Positions 31,333 through 42,106 are shown, counted from the first letter of the stretch. The stretch: DNA of 64,000 nucleotides from Promethearchaeota archaeon (GCA_019058365.1 JAHPZE010000010.1:32001-96000), one strand, 5' to 3'. Program-made: numbers and translations. Notes: generated from the sequence alone by a model not told the origin.

Positions 31333-33214
31333 ATATACAAAATCTAATGAAACATTTGTAAATCCTTACTTTTTCATACCATTGGAGAATAAATGTATAA
31401 AAACTTATAATTTAGAAGATATAATGAAAGATAAAGGATTATTAACAGGATGGATAGAATGTGAATTAGAAACCAAAACACCAATATTTATCCCAAATAC
31501 GACTAATAATGATATATTCCATTTTAGAACTAAAAATAATGAACAAGTACAGAGTTACGAATTCTACTCCTACGAGGATCTAAGTGAGGAGAACAATCCC
31601 GATCGAACACCCTCAAAAAAACCTATTATCCCTGGCAGTGAAATAAGAGGGATGATTCGCACTTCTTTTGAAGCTGTAACTAATTCTTGTTTATCAACGA
31701 TAAATGAGGGGCAAATTCTTTATAGAAGAGTTAGTATTCCAGCCGAGCCAGGGCGTATTGAAAGAAAAGATGATAATGCTTGGCAAATACAACCTTGTAA
31801 TAAATATAAACTTAATATAAGGCGATTTCAACAAGAGATAAATGGATTTGTTGAAGGAGAGCCGATATCTTTTACTGCCAATCAAAAATTATATATTACA
31901 AAAATAAATAATCAAGGAACTGGTATAAAAGGTTACTTCCATCAAGGAGAGAAAATGGATAGAAAAAATAATGAATCTGTATTTGTGCCTAATCTCGAAA
32001 AGACAGCCTTTCCAATTAGTTCAGATGCTTTAAAAAATTATTTAGAAAACTTAAAATTATATAGTGATAAAAACGTGAACCTTCATTATAAAGATAAAGA
32101 GCATACTGGATATAACAAAATAACCGCTAAAAAAGAGAATGATTTAGATGGAGCATTGATATATTATAAAGAATACAAAATACAATCAAATAATAAGACT
32201 TTCAGAAAATTATATTTATGTCCTGCGCAGATTGGACGCGAAATTTTTTATATGACTCTGAGTAAAGTCATTGGTACATATACACCTTGTAATTTGATGA
32301 AGGAATTATGTCAAGCTTGTTTATTATTTGGTTTTACCAGTTCAGAAGATCAATTAGCATCAAGGATTCGTTTTTGTGATGCATTTCCAATTAAAGATAT
32401 AACAAAGGAGGATTATTTTACTCAAGGAATCATAGATGAATTAGCTTCACCTAAATTAACAGCGGCAGAATTCTACCTTAAGAAGTCTAGCGCAAAAGAT
32501 AATTCCGAAGTTCATCTTTGGAATTATGATTACGCAGGGGGTTGGAAAAAAGAAAACAAGAAATATACAAATGAATTTATTACAATGCCTAATTATAAAG
32601 CAATGATTAAAGGGAGAAAATTTTATTGGCATCAAAAAAACAAAAAAATCAATCTGAAAGGTAAAGAAAGTGAAACTATTACAATAAGAAACATTGGTAT
32701 TCGTCCTTTAAAACAAAATATTAAATTCTCATTTAAAGTATATTTCAATCATATACGAGAAGAAGAACTTAAAAAATTAATTTGGGTTTTAGAAATAGGA
32801 AATTATCAAAATAATGCCCACAAAATTGGAATGGGGAAATCCCTCGGGCTTGGGAGTGTTAGGATTAATGTTAAAGAGATAAAAACTCGTCGTATTAAAA
32901 TAAAAAATAAAACGATTAATTATAAAATAAAAAATGATCTCAATGTTCTAAATGAAGTAAGGACATCAGAACATCCAAATGAATTTTTAGGATGTGAGAG
33001 CAATGTTTTGAATGCTTTTATAAGAATGACTAATTTCGAAGACTCCCCTCAAAATGTAAGTTATCCCATAAATATAGGGGAAGAATTTCATTATAAATGG
33101 TTTGTAGTTAATAAGAACTTTTTACCAGGTAGTACTGGGATGAGACCTATAATTAACCAAAGTTTACCTGAGAATGTAAATAATCCAAATTTATATAAAT
33201 ACCTAAGAAGATAA
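31325..33214 (+). CDS. cas7: Cas7 with large insertion (type III-D RAMP); probable ATT start at 31325
   Basis: FVNPYFFIPL lies upstream of the ORF-track TTG; also IPGSEIRGMIR, CQACLLFG, GRKFYWH and KIGMGKSLGLG motifs. A GGAGGTG SD sits 6 nt before the ATT. Confidence 0.9.
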   Translation: MPRYTKSNETFVNPYFFIPLENKCIKTYNLEDIMKDKGLLTGWIECELETKTPIFIPNTTNNDIFHFRTKNNEQVQSYEFYSYEDLSEENNPDRTPSKKPIIPGSEIRGMIRTSFEAVTNSCLSTINEGQILYRRVSIPAEPGRIERKDDNAWQIQPCNKYKLNIRRFQQEINGFVEGEPISFTANQKLYITKINNQGTGIKGYFHQGEKMDRKNNESVFVPNLEKTAFPISSDALKNYLENLKLYSDKNVNLHYKDKEHTGYNKITAKKENDLDGALIYYKEYKIQSNNKTFRKLYLCPAQIGREIFYMTLSKVIGTYTPCNLMKELCQACLLFGFTSSEDQLASRIRFCDAFPIKDITKEDYFTQGIIDELASPKLTAAEFYLKKSSAKDNSEVHLWNYDYAGGWKKENKKYTNEFITMPNYKAMIKGRKFYWHQKNKKINLKGKESETITIRNIGIRPLKQNIKFSFKVYFNHIREEELKKLIWVLEIGNYQNNAHKIGMGKSLGLGSVRINVKEIKTRRIKIKNKTINYKIKNDLNVLNEVRTSEHPNEFLGCESNVLNAFIRMTNFEDSPQNVSYPINIGEEFHYKWFVVNKNFLPGSTGMRPIINQSLPENVNNPNLYKYLRR

Positions 33215-33277
33215 TATTATTTTCAAATTTTTTAAATTCTTGTAATCGTAGAACTAATTAATAATTGAAGAATCATT

Positions 33278-34294
33278 ATGGTACAGAAAGATAACGTTTT
33301 GTTAATATCCTTAGGTCATTCTCCAGCGGTTATCCCAGAGACGCTCGATGCGTTATTAAAAAAAGATATTTATATCAAAAGAACATATATAGTCACGACT
33401 TCAGATGAGATGATACTAAATGATTGTATTCCTCTTATTGAGAAAGATTTTGCGAAGCATTATAAATATAAGAAGAATATGGAATTATTTGCTTATAATT
33501 GTATTTTAACTAAGAATGATATTTATACGGAAGAGGACAATCTTGAAATAATGATTAATGTCGCAAAGATTTTCAAAAAGGAAAAGCAAAATAATATCTA
33601 TATAAGTATAGCAGGTGGTCGGAAAACAATGTCAGCAGCAATGTCGCTTTTAGCGCAGATATATAGTGCAAGAGCTATTACACACGTGCTTGTATCACCT
33701 GAAATTGAAAGCGAGGGTTCAATATTTAAATTAAAGGAACATTCTCCAAAAGAAATCGAAGAGATTTTCCACCCGGATCCTGAAAATATGCGGTTAATCT
33801 TTTTTCCGGTTATAGGTATATCTTGGATGCTTTCAGATATGATAAATGCATTGCTTGAGAGTAAGGATAAAGTAATTCGAACTGATGTGACAGATATACT
33901 TAGATTAAATGGGTTGTTGGATGAAAATAATAAGCCAACTTTTTTGGGGCTGCAACTTCTTAAATTGTTAGACGATATAGAGAAATTTCCAGATATTTCT
34001 TTTAAGGAACCTAATCTGAAATTTAAGAAGGATGAGGGATCACATGCCCCTAGAGATTATAATAAATTTGTAGCACGCTTAGCAAATATCCCTTTTATTG
34101 AATCAATTATCGGTGTAAAATTCATTAATTCACCAAAAACACAGATAAATAATTGTTTATCCAATGGAACTATTAACTGTCAATATTCTGATGGGGATAA
34201 AGCATATGTTTTAAAAATTCTTACAACTGCAACAACCAGCGGCGAAGTAGAATTAGTAAAGAATTATCTTAAAAAATTTTTTGTAAAGATCTAG
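33278..34294 (+). CDS. CARF (NE0113/Crn1-like) + wHTH + DUF2103-like C-terminal domain; candidate cOA-activated effector
   Basis: LGHSPAVIPETL, IVTT and ISIAGGRKTMS motifs; PTFLG wing; C-terminal H..LA..PFI..GTI...SDG...LTTA. Confidence 0.8.
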   Translation: MVQKDNVLLISLGHSPAVIPETLDALLKKDIYIKRTYIVTTSDEMILNDCIPLIEKDFAKHYKYKKNMELFAYNCILTKNDIYTEEDNLEIMINVAKIFKKEKQNNIYISIAGGRKTMSAAMSLLAQIYSARAITHVLVSPEIESEGSIFKLKEHSPKEIEEIFHPDPENMRLIFFPVIGISWMLSDMINALLESKDKVIRTDVTDILRLNGLLDENNKPTFLGLQLLKLLDDIEKFPDISFKEPNLKFKKDEGSHAPRDYNKFVARLANIPFIESIIGVKFINSPKTQINNCLSNGTINCQYSDGDKAYVLKILTTATTSGEVELVKNYLKKFFVKI

Positions 34295-34312
34295 ATTAGA
34301 GCATTACATTTT

Positions 34313-35887
34313 CAGTATTTAGTTGCTAAAAATTATTAAAGAATAAATATATAAAGTATAAAAGGAAATAAAAATATAAAAAACCATTGAACTGTATTCT
34401 TTTCTATGCAGAAATGATTCTAGATTTTGGTTTTAAAATAATAGTTTGTGCTATATTGCTTATTCGATATTTCACCATAAAGTTTATTAGAAAGAAGTGA
34501 TAATATTTATTTATACCACTAAATAAACTATTTCCTATCTCAGTTAAGAGATTGGGAATTAAATCACTTCTCTCTAATGAATATATGCTGTCCTTTTTTA
34601 AAAGGTTTTGTGATGCAATCACATCTCGCATGCGGATATTCAAAAGGGCTAGAAATGCGAGATATGAGGTTATTGACTTTCTTGAAGTGTTTTTTCTCTC
34701 GAAAATTATTGGCAGATCCATTTATGACACCAGTAAGATGCTCAACAAGTACCTTTTAAGTAAGAAGAAAGGAAAACCAAAAATTTTTACGGACAGACGA
34801 AAAAAACGATCTATTCCACACCAAACTGGGGGCAATAAATATTTACGTAAGATTGGATTGAATAAAGCTCGCAATATTTTGCGAGAATGCCTGGATACCC
34901 AATTAAAGGAAGCTTTGGATCAAGGGTTGATGTCTAATAGAGTAAACGTTTTAATCAATTTTATAGAGCATCCTTACTATGGAATGAGAGAGGATAAAAT
35001 GATTAAAGGCACAAATCGGCAGAAGAGGACAATAAGATGCGCCATTACCTAGAATTTTCGATTTTATCGCGAGAAATCCATCTTTACGCAGGATTGGAGC
35101 AGGTCGAAACAGGTAGATCTAAGATTCCAATCATAATTAAGTTTTTTGATTATTTGCTTGATTTAAGATTCGAGTTGAATTATGTGTTGATGGATCGAGA
35201 ATTCTATCGGACCGAACTCTTGGATGAAATAAAGGGAATGGGCGGCAATGTTTTGATATCTGCTAAGGTATATAAGAAAGTTAAGAAAATCATTGAGGAA
35301 TATTTGAATGGAGAAGGTAATCGGGTAAGAATTTACACGATTTCAAGCAATTCTGCTGCAAAACACCGATTTTTCCAGAATGTTTACTTGATAATAAAGG
35401 CAAAACGAGGGTTTTCCCTTCAGGGTATCAAGAAAGACTACCAGAGCGGAAGAATACCGCTAAAGGTTGGTCGGACTAGATTATTCACAATAATGATTAC
35501 TTAGAAGCCAAAAGGAAAGACATGTTCTTGGGTGTCTCGAACATCATTCTTTTACAAACGAAGATGGCTAATTGAAACTGGTTTTTCCGACTTAAATCGA
35601 ATTAATCGTCGATGGAAGTCAAATCATGATAATTTGAGATATTTAGATATATTAGCTCGAACGCTTATTCATAATTCGTGGAAAATGAACAGAAAGCTAA
35701 TCAGAATGAGATCAAGAAAAGGAGGAAAAATAAACAAATGGATGCTAGCTAAAAACCAAGATTACCTAAGGCAAACTTTTCTTTCAATAGAGAAAAAATC
35801 ATGGGGGGGTAATCTGATATCTTCAGAATAATGTCGACACGCCGATCATGAGAAAATAAATAAAAAAAAATAAATACTTAAATACTA
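34313..35887 (+). mobile_element. Decayed ISH3-like insertion sequence (transposase split into 34552-35052, 35037-35504 and 35532-35831)
   Basis: HPYYG, LMDREFY and YKRRWLIETGF motifs, broken by a frameshift and a stop. The ends are tentative: CAGTATTTAG at 34313 with a degenerate match near 35878-35887. Confidence 0.75.
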
Positions 35888-35928
35888 TATATAAAAAGAC
35901 TTGAAAATAAGACAGAAGATGAGGTTTC

Positions 35929-36702
35929 ATGAAAAATATATTTCTAATTTCTTCATTAGGGCTTTCTCCTGGGGTGATAACGGGCACGATTGATGCCCTT
36001 CAATATGGAGAATTAGGGGAATCGTATAATCCAAAGTTTATAGCTATCATAACGACGGATAATGAGTTAACGAGTTTATCTTTAGAGGTGGTGGAATATA
36101 ATATTCAAAAGCATAACCCGCACATCCAAATTTGCCCTTATATTATAAAAGGACTTTCTGACATAAATATCATTGAGGATAACAATAAAGTTATGCGAGA
36201 GTTCGTTGCAGCCATAAAAGGGGGTGAGTTAATGAAAAAAAGAGACGCTGTAGAAGAAATTCATGTGAATATAGCTGGAGGGCGGAAGATTATATCGGGA
36301 CTTTTTGCTACCTTATCGAATATATTTCCCGTGGATATGGTTTATCATTTAATAACGACTCCTGAAATTGAGCAGCAGGGATTTATTAAGAATTTTTTAA
36401 GTTCGGATAATTCTATAAATATAGAGAAGTTAGATTCGGAAGCCAGTAAAGGGATTTTTCATCCGAAAACGAAAAATCTGCCCACATTCTCGGTGGAAAT
36501 TCCTATATTACATTCGATAAATTTTGATGATCTATTGGAGCTTTCATCCCAAATACTGAGTAATAAGGCAATATCTGACCATTATCTCATAAATTTAATG
36601 TTGTGACAAGGAATTTTAATAAGACAGGCGCATAATAAATATAAGGTCACACAGAAGGGGAGGGTATTATTTGATCTTTTCATTAACTATAAGAAGGTGT
36701 AA
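35929..36702 (+). pseudogene. CARF (NE0113/Csx14/Crn1-like) + wHTH protein with an in-frame TGA at 36604-36606
   Basis: SLGLSPGVITG, IITT and VNIAGGRK motifs. The frame continues after the TGA as QGILIRQAHNKYKVTQKGRVLFDLFINYKKV*. Confidence 0.75.
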
Positions 36703-36785
36703 GATTTTCGTAAGCTGAGAGCAAATTTTATTGAAGATTGTTACGCTATTTTTTATTGAATTCTAAATTCTAAATGAATAATCGA

Positions 36786-37757
36786 TTAAGTTACTTTTTG
36801 TACATTGAAGGATGTAATTAGATCGCCTTGATATAAAATGTGCTTATTTTTAGCCCAATTTTTCCATTCAGAAAAGCTATCAACATCAATAGTGAGTTCA
36901 AGTTCTTTAATGATTTGGAAGCCATTTCCTTTGTAGACTTTTTCTTTATCCCTTAAATCAAAATTGATTAAATTAGCGGATTGCAGTTTTTTCAGATACT
37001 GATGATTAATTTTATAATGGTCTAAAATTTTTAGGATTTCCTTTTTGTTAATAATTAGGCGATTCAAAAAGAGATGTTCGATCTCTCGTAATATCTCGTG
37101 TTCTAACCCGATCCAGAAAAAGGGCAGTTCCTGCCAGTTTTTAGGGGGAATGGGAATTAGAGGATTCTCAAAATCTGGTTTTGCAATATCAGGATGAATT
37201 CTAGAGATCATTTCTTGAAAAATATAAATGAACTTCGTTCCTATTCCCGTTAGGCATGAAGATAAAAATAATGATAAATTAATCTGGTTTGCTCCACCAA
37301 CCAAGTTTATCCATACTTCTTTTCTATTTAAAGCTTTTATTGTAGTATAAACTTTTTCATAGCAGTCCTTAAAATCGTTATGATTTACAGCAACAAAAAA
37401 GATATCCTCAATTTTATTAAAAAGATCAGTAAGATCACATTTATTTATTAAAAAATTTAAAGATTTCAAAATTATATGAGGTACTTTTTTTTGTTTATTT
37501 ATTCTAAGATTGAACCAATCATCTTGTAAGTCATCGAAAGGAGGTATAATCCCTTCAATTACTTCTTTTGATGTAAAAAAGATGATACATTGAGGAGAAC
37601 CTTTATCACTTTCATCAACTTCTCCTGAATGTTTAAAAAAATCAAGAGCCTCAGGATTTGCCTTTCTTGCCATTTTAAGCATGAGATAAATGTAATGAAG
37701 AGGGACAGTTGCAGAACCGGGGCTCCTTCCTACTCCTGATAGATAGTAAATACCCAT
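36786..37757 (-). CDS. Divergent CARF-domain protein with C-terminal wHTH-like region
   Basis: LSGVGRSPG, IFFTSKE and VWINLVGGANQ CARF-like motifs; AGGTGA SD. Confidence 0.7.
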   Translation of the reverse strand: MGIYYLSGVGRSPGSATVPLHYIYLMLKMARKANPEALDFFKHSGEVDESDKGSPQCIIFFTSKEVIEGIIPPFDDLQDDWFNLRINKQKKVPHIILKSLNFLINKCDLTDLFNKIEDIFFVAVNHNDFKDCYEKVYTTIKALNRKEVWINLVGGANQINLSLFLSSCLTGIGTKFIYIFQEMISRIHPDIAKPDFENPLIPIPPKNWQELPFFWIGLEHEILREIEHLFLNRLIINKKEILKILDHYKINHQYLKKLQSANLINFDLRDKEKVYKGNGFQIIKELELTIDVDSFSEWKNWAKNKHILYQGDLITSFNVQKVT

Positions 37758-37982
37758 TCAATATTCACCTTTATCTTAAATTTATAAATTTAAATGGGAT
37801 CAAATGGATTTAAATGTTTTTGTCTGTTAATTATGTTCTTATCTTTGCAGTCAGGTCATTCAGAATTATAGAAAAATTTTCAAAGTATAATAAGGTCTTG
37901 GGAGTTTTTAAATCTGAAATTCTTAAAGGAATAACCAAGTATCAATAATCATAATAGTAAAAAATAAACTTGATCTTAAACA

Positions 37983-39563
37983 TTGATATTTATGAATAAT
38001 ATAAATCCAAAAGATGAAATTTTACGATTGGATTCAGAAATTCGCAATAGGGTAAATCAGATAAAAGAGTTGAAAGTGAATGACCCGCACGGAGACGATT
38101 CTCAATTACGGCATAAGTTATGGGAGCTCAGTAAAAAGAAATTTATTTTGGAATCAAAAAGCGATCCCGAGTTTAAGAAGTATCGAGCAATCATTTTTAC
38201 GGTGGGTTTTTCACCGGAGCCGATTATCCTTAACATTTTAGCGAATGAGCTGGAATATATTTATTTCATCTATACTAAGGAATCAGAGAAATATATCGAT
38301 GTGGTGCTTGCAGAGACGGGGATTAAAGCATCGCAATATCAAAAAGCTCAAATCCCGCGGGAATCGGCAGCGGATTCTTATCGTCTTGTAAAAAAAGGAG
38401 TGAAATTTTTAATCGAGGAGAGAGGCTTAAAGAAGGACGAGATTGGATTGGATCCGACGGGAGGTACGAAAATTATGAGCGTGGGGTGTGGAATTGCGGC
38501 ATCTATTTTTGATCTTAACATTTTATATATAAATAACGAGAAGTATAATCCCGAATCTCGCCGTCCTGAGCCTGGTTCAGAAATCTTGGTAAGCGTATCA
38601 AATCCGTTTGATATTTATCAAGATGATAAGATCTACGATGGTTTAAAATACTTGAATAGATTAAATTTTAGTTTTGCAAGGGAGATTTTTTATTCTATAA
38701 AGGACTCGTCTAGTAATCCATTGTTTCCAGATCTAATTGCAACAATCGCGGAGATCTTGTATAATTGGGATGCGATAAATTATTCTGGGGCTTTAAGTAG
38801 CATCGACAGAGCGCGGAAAATTATGAAGAAATTAAGCGTTAAAATTTCTAAAATATATGATGCTCTTATAAATATTTTAGATTCGTGGAAGAAATATTTG
38901 AATATTATAGACGCTCAGATTAAGAGGGGTAGATCCGAAGTAGAAAAAATATCCTCTTTATTAATATTTGACATAAAAGAAAATGCAGATCGAGAATTTT
39001 TCAAATCTAGTTATAATAATGCGGCGTTAAAGTATTATCGTGTGATGGAGATGATTAACCAATATATTTTGTTGAAACAATATAATCTGGATACCCAAGA
39101 ACCGAAATTAGAGAATCTTCCTGAATCTGTTATTCAAAAATTATTAGGGGGAGCAGTTTCAAGAGGAATTGATCAAAAAAATCCTGAAAAGATAATATTA
39201 AAAAAATATAATGAAATATGGGCATATTTATATGAAAAAACTGATCAGAAAGAACCTTATAAGGAAGGAACACTTCTTCCGCGGAAAATTGGGCTTCTTG
39301 CGGGAATAATACTAAGGTATATTTTTGGAGATGGACTGATCGGGCGAGATCTCATATTTGAGATATTAACTGCTATAGAAAAGCGTAATTTATCCATCTT
39401 TGCACATGGAATTGTCTCTGTCAGTAAAAAAGATTGCGAACGTTTAAAAAATATTGCAGAGACGATGATTCAAGGAATTGAAATCAATCAAGAGGTAAAA
39501 GCAATGGTGTTCAATATCTCCAGTATGAAGCAATTGACAGAGTTATTTAAAAAGATCATATAA
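37983..39563 (+). CDS. csm6: Csm6-like CARF-helical-HEPN ribonuclease (TIGR02710-like)
   Basis: FTVGFSPEPI, DPTGGTKIMS, RRPEPGSE and YYRVME motifs; HEPN motif RNLSIFAHG. Confidence 0.88.
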   Translation: MIFMNNINPKDEILRLDSEIRNRVNQIKELKVNDPHGDDSQLRHKLWELSKKKFILESKSDPEFKKYRAIIFTVGFSPEPIILNILANELEYIYFIYTKESEKYIDVVLAETGIKASQYQKAQIPRESAADSYRLVKKGVKFLIEERGLKKDEIGLDPTGGTKIMSVGCGIAASIFDLNILYINNEKYNPESRRPEPGSEILVSVSNPFDIYQDDKIYDGLKYLNRLNFSFAREIFYSIKDSSSNPLFPDLIATIAEILYNWDAINYSGALSSIDRARKIMKKLSVKISKIYDALINILDSWKKYLNIIDAQIKRGRSEVEKISSLLIFDIKENADREFFKSSYNNAALKYYRVMEMINQYILLKQYNLDTQEPKLENLPESVIQKLLGGAVSRGIDQKNPEKIILKKYNEIWAYLYEKTDQKEPYKEGTLLPRKIGLLAGIILRYIFGDGLIGRDLIFEILTAIEKRNLSIFAHGIVSVSKKDCERLKNIAETMIQGIEINQEVKAMVFNISSMKQLTELFKKII

Positions 39564-39942
39564 TAAAAGGTCCACGGCCAACTCTTCTCCCAAGAGAGGT
39601 GGTAGTAAGGACCATAAGTTTTAGATGAGACCATGAAGAAAAAGATTTATTTAGATTTTAAATACCACCGTCTTTTTAGTTTTTTCTTCTGCTTCTTACT
39701 TTTCATTTTCTGCTTTTGAAGGAAGAATCTTTCAGAAAGAATTGAGATTTGACATCAATAATTTTTGACGGTTTTGGCAATAAGATAAATATGATGGAGA
39801 GAAACCTTTATTTCAGGAATATCACAGCCAAAAATATGAATACTACTTAAATAATTTAAATTGGTCGTATTACAAAATCAAAACGTAAATAGTTTTATAT
39901 AAGCTCTTTACTTATGTATTAATATAGAGAGGTAGAATTGGA

Positions 39943-40680
39943 ATGAAATGGTTACCTAAATGGATTGGTAAAGTGTATTGCAAAATATGGGCAGAGTTTG
40001 GTGAAACCTTGTTTTATTTCGAGGATATTCAAAAATTATGCGGGAAATATACACCCAATTATCTGAGTGAACTTAAAAAAGCTCAAGTCCTTAGTATCTT
40101 TGGAAAAAGAGCAAGAAAGAAAGTCTATAGATTGGTGCCACCTGATTGTTATGTCTTTTCATTGGCCAATGATATTGACTTAAAATGGTTAAAGCAAGGA
40201 ATTTATACAAATCTTATTCTAAAACTTTTTATGGTGCTAAAAGAAAAATTTACATTAAATATACATTCTTTTGGTATTTTTGGCTCAGTCGCCAGAAATT
40301 GCGCTAAAAGAGAGAGCGATTTAGATATCATCATAATATTCAAAGATATTGAAGGAACTATAAGTCAACGGTTAGATCTATTGAGTACAGTTGAGGATTC
40401 TGGAACTATTAGACAGGAGATTGAATTTTTAAGAGCACAGTCGCAATTTCCTAGAATTAGTTATTATCCGCGTAATGAGGCAGAATTAAGGTTAAATTTT
40501 TTTACCATTGATATAGCATTTGATTTGAAAATTTTATTTGACATAGGTATTCTTTCGAAATTTTTATTAGCAATACAGAAAAAAATTGAGGAAAGAGGAA
40601 TACAAAGAAAATATTTGGATAATGAGAAATATTATTTGGATTTAAATTTAAAATCAGGAGAGGTATTTGAATTTGAATAA
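39943..40680 (+). CDS. Minimal nucleotidyltransferase (MNT antitoxin) with N-terminal wHTH
   Basis: IFGSVAR..ESDLD motif; overlaps the HEPN gene. Confidence 0.85.
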   Translation: MKWLPKWIGKVYCKIWAEFGETLFYFEDIQKLCGKYTPNYLSELKKAQVLSIFGKRARKKVYRLVPPDCYVFSLANDIDLKWLKQGIYTNLILKLFMVLKEKFTLNIHSFGIFGSVARNCAKRESDLDIIIIFKDIEGTISQRLDLLSTVEDSGTIRQEIEFLRAQSQFPRISYYPRNEAELRLNFFTIDIAFDLKILFDIGILSKFLLAIQKKIEERGIQRKYLDNEKYYLDLNLKSGEVFEFE

Positions 40681-41122
40681 TAGAGAGTTTGCTAAAGATT
40701 ATTTAAACGAATCAAAATTGAGATTGGAGACTGCGGAGTTAGCAATGAACAAAAAAGCGTACGCTTTTTGCGTACGGCAATCTCAAGAAGTGGTGGAACT
40801 TTCCTTAAAAGCTGCTTTGAGAATGATTGGTATCGATTTTCCTAAATGGCATGATGTGAGTCCTGTATTAATAAATGAACAAGAAAAATTTCCTGATTTT
40901 TTTCAAGAAGGCATTTTAGAATTAAAAGATATTTCTATCGCTTTAGCAAAAAAAAGAGAGCTTTCCATGTATGGTGATGAAATAAGTGCTCGCTCTCCCT
41001 CAAAAGTCTTTAGTAATAAAGATGCTGAAGTGGCGTTAAGAGATGCAAAATTTTGTTATCAGAGAGTAGAAGAGTTGTTTGAGAAATTGCAAGATGTAAA
41101 TAATAATGAAGATATAGAATAA
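40667..41122 (+). CDS. HEPN-domain protein (MNT-HEPN TA partner)
   Basis: QEVVELSLKAAL, PKWHDV and RELSMYG motifs. Confidence 0.88.
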   Translation: MNLNNREFAKDYLNESKLRLETAELAMNKKAYAFCVRQSQEVVELSLKAALRMIGIDFPKWHDVSPVLINEQEKFPDFFQEGILELKDISIALAKKRELSMYGDEISARSPSKVFSNKDAEVALRDAKFCYQRVEELFEKLQDVNNNEDIE

Positions 41123-41243
41123 GCAAGAATTAAGAATACACGAGAGAATTAATCAATAACGAAATTAATAGGACTCTAAAAATCTATTAAATATTTTTTT
41201 AAACATGGTAGAAAGTGATATAGATATGGCAATCTTAGATAGA

Positions 41244-41602
41244 TATAATGAAATATAGACGTTTATATATGATAAAAAAGGTTTGAGAGACGATTCTACG
41301 AAAGGAACGCTTTCTACCACGAAAAATTGGTTTAATTGCCAGATTGGTTATAAGACATATTTTTAGAGAAGAACTATTAGATCAAGATTTTATTTTAAAT
41401 GCTTACACGACAATATACAAATGAAATAAATCTATTTTTGCGCACGGGATTGTTTCTGTTAACAAGAGAGTGTGTGAACACCTTAAAAATATTACAGAAA
41501 TTTTGCTTAAGGGGTTTAAGATTGAGCAAGACACTCAAAAAAAAATTGTGTAGCCAATCAAGCCTGAAGAAATTGACCGAGTTGTTTACAATGATTATAT
41601 AA
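41244..41602 (+). pseudogene. Degraded duplicate of the C-terminal HEPN part of the csm6-like gene
   Basis: Colinear with 39207-39563 (TATAATGAAATA.., AAGGAAC..GAAAATTGG, NLSIFAHG-like stretch), with frameshifts and stops. Confidence 0.8.
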
Positions 41603-41699
41603 AGAGAAGATTTAGCTGAAAATTGCTGTTTTTACAGGAGATTTCTAAGGTACAAAAAATAGAATTAAAAGCGGGATGTTATTTTTAATAGAGCTAATA

Positions 41700-42039
41700 A
41701 TTCAAAAGTAAATAGCTTCAGAAAGAAGATTGAAATGTTGCAGAGGTAAAATTAGCAGCAGCTTCCACGGTTATCGTTGAAAAGTAAATAGCTTCAGAAA
41801 GAAGATTGAAATTTTTAAAGATAAAATAAGGAATGATGAAAGATTAAAATGTTGAAAAGTAAATAGCTTCAGAAAGAAGATTGAAATTAAAATTAAAATA
41901 ATGTTCAACAAATTTATATAAAAGCGTTGAAAAGTAAATAGCTTCAGAAAGAAGCTTAAAATTCCTTCCTTCATTTCCTTAATAGTAAAGCAATATTGAT
42001 TCATGGTAAAGAATATAGCTTCAGAAATTAATCAATAGA
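41700..42039 (+). CRISPR. Mini CRISPR array: 5 repeats (2 perfect, 3 degenerate) and 4 spacers, same repeat as the main array
   Basis: Repeats start at 41700, 41776, 41851, 41926 and ~42003. Confidence 0.93.
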
Positions 42040-42106
42040 TTTAAAAATTAAAATATTATAAATAATTTTAAAAAAACTTAAATAAGGTAAACACCTTATT
42101 TCCCTT

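Noticed and set aside
41399-41602. 67-aa ORF as an independent gene
   Set aside because: It is a mostly out-of-frame reading of the decayed csm6 duplicate.
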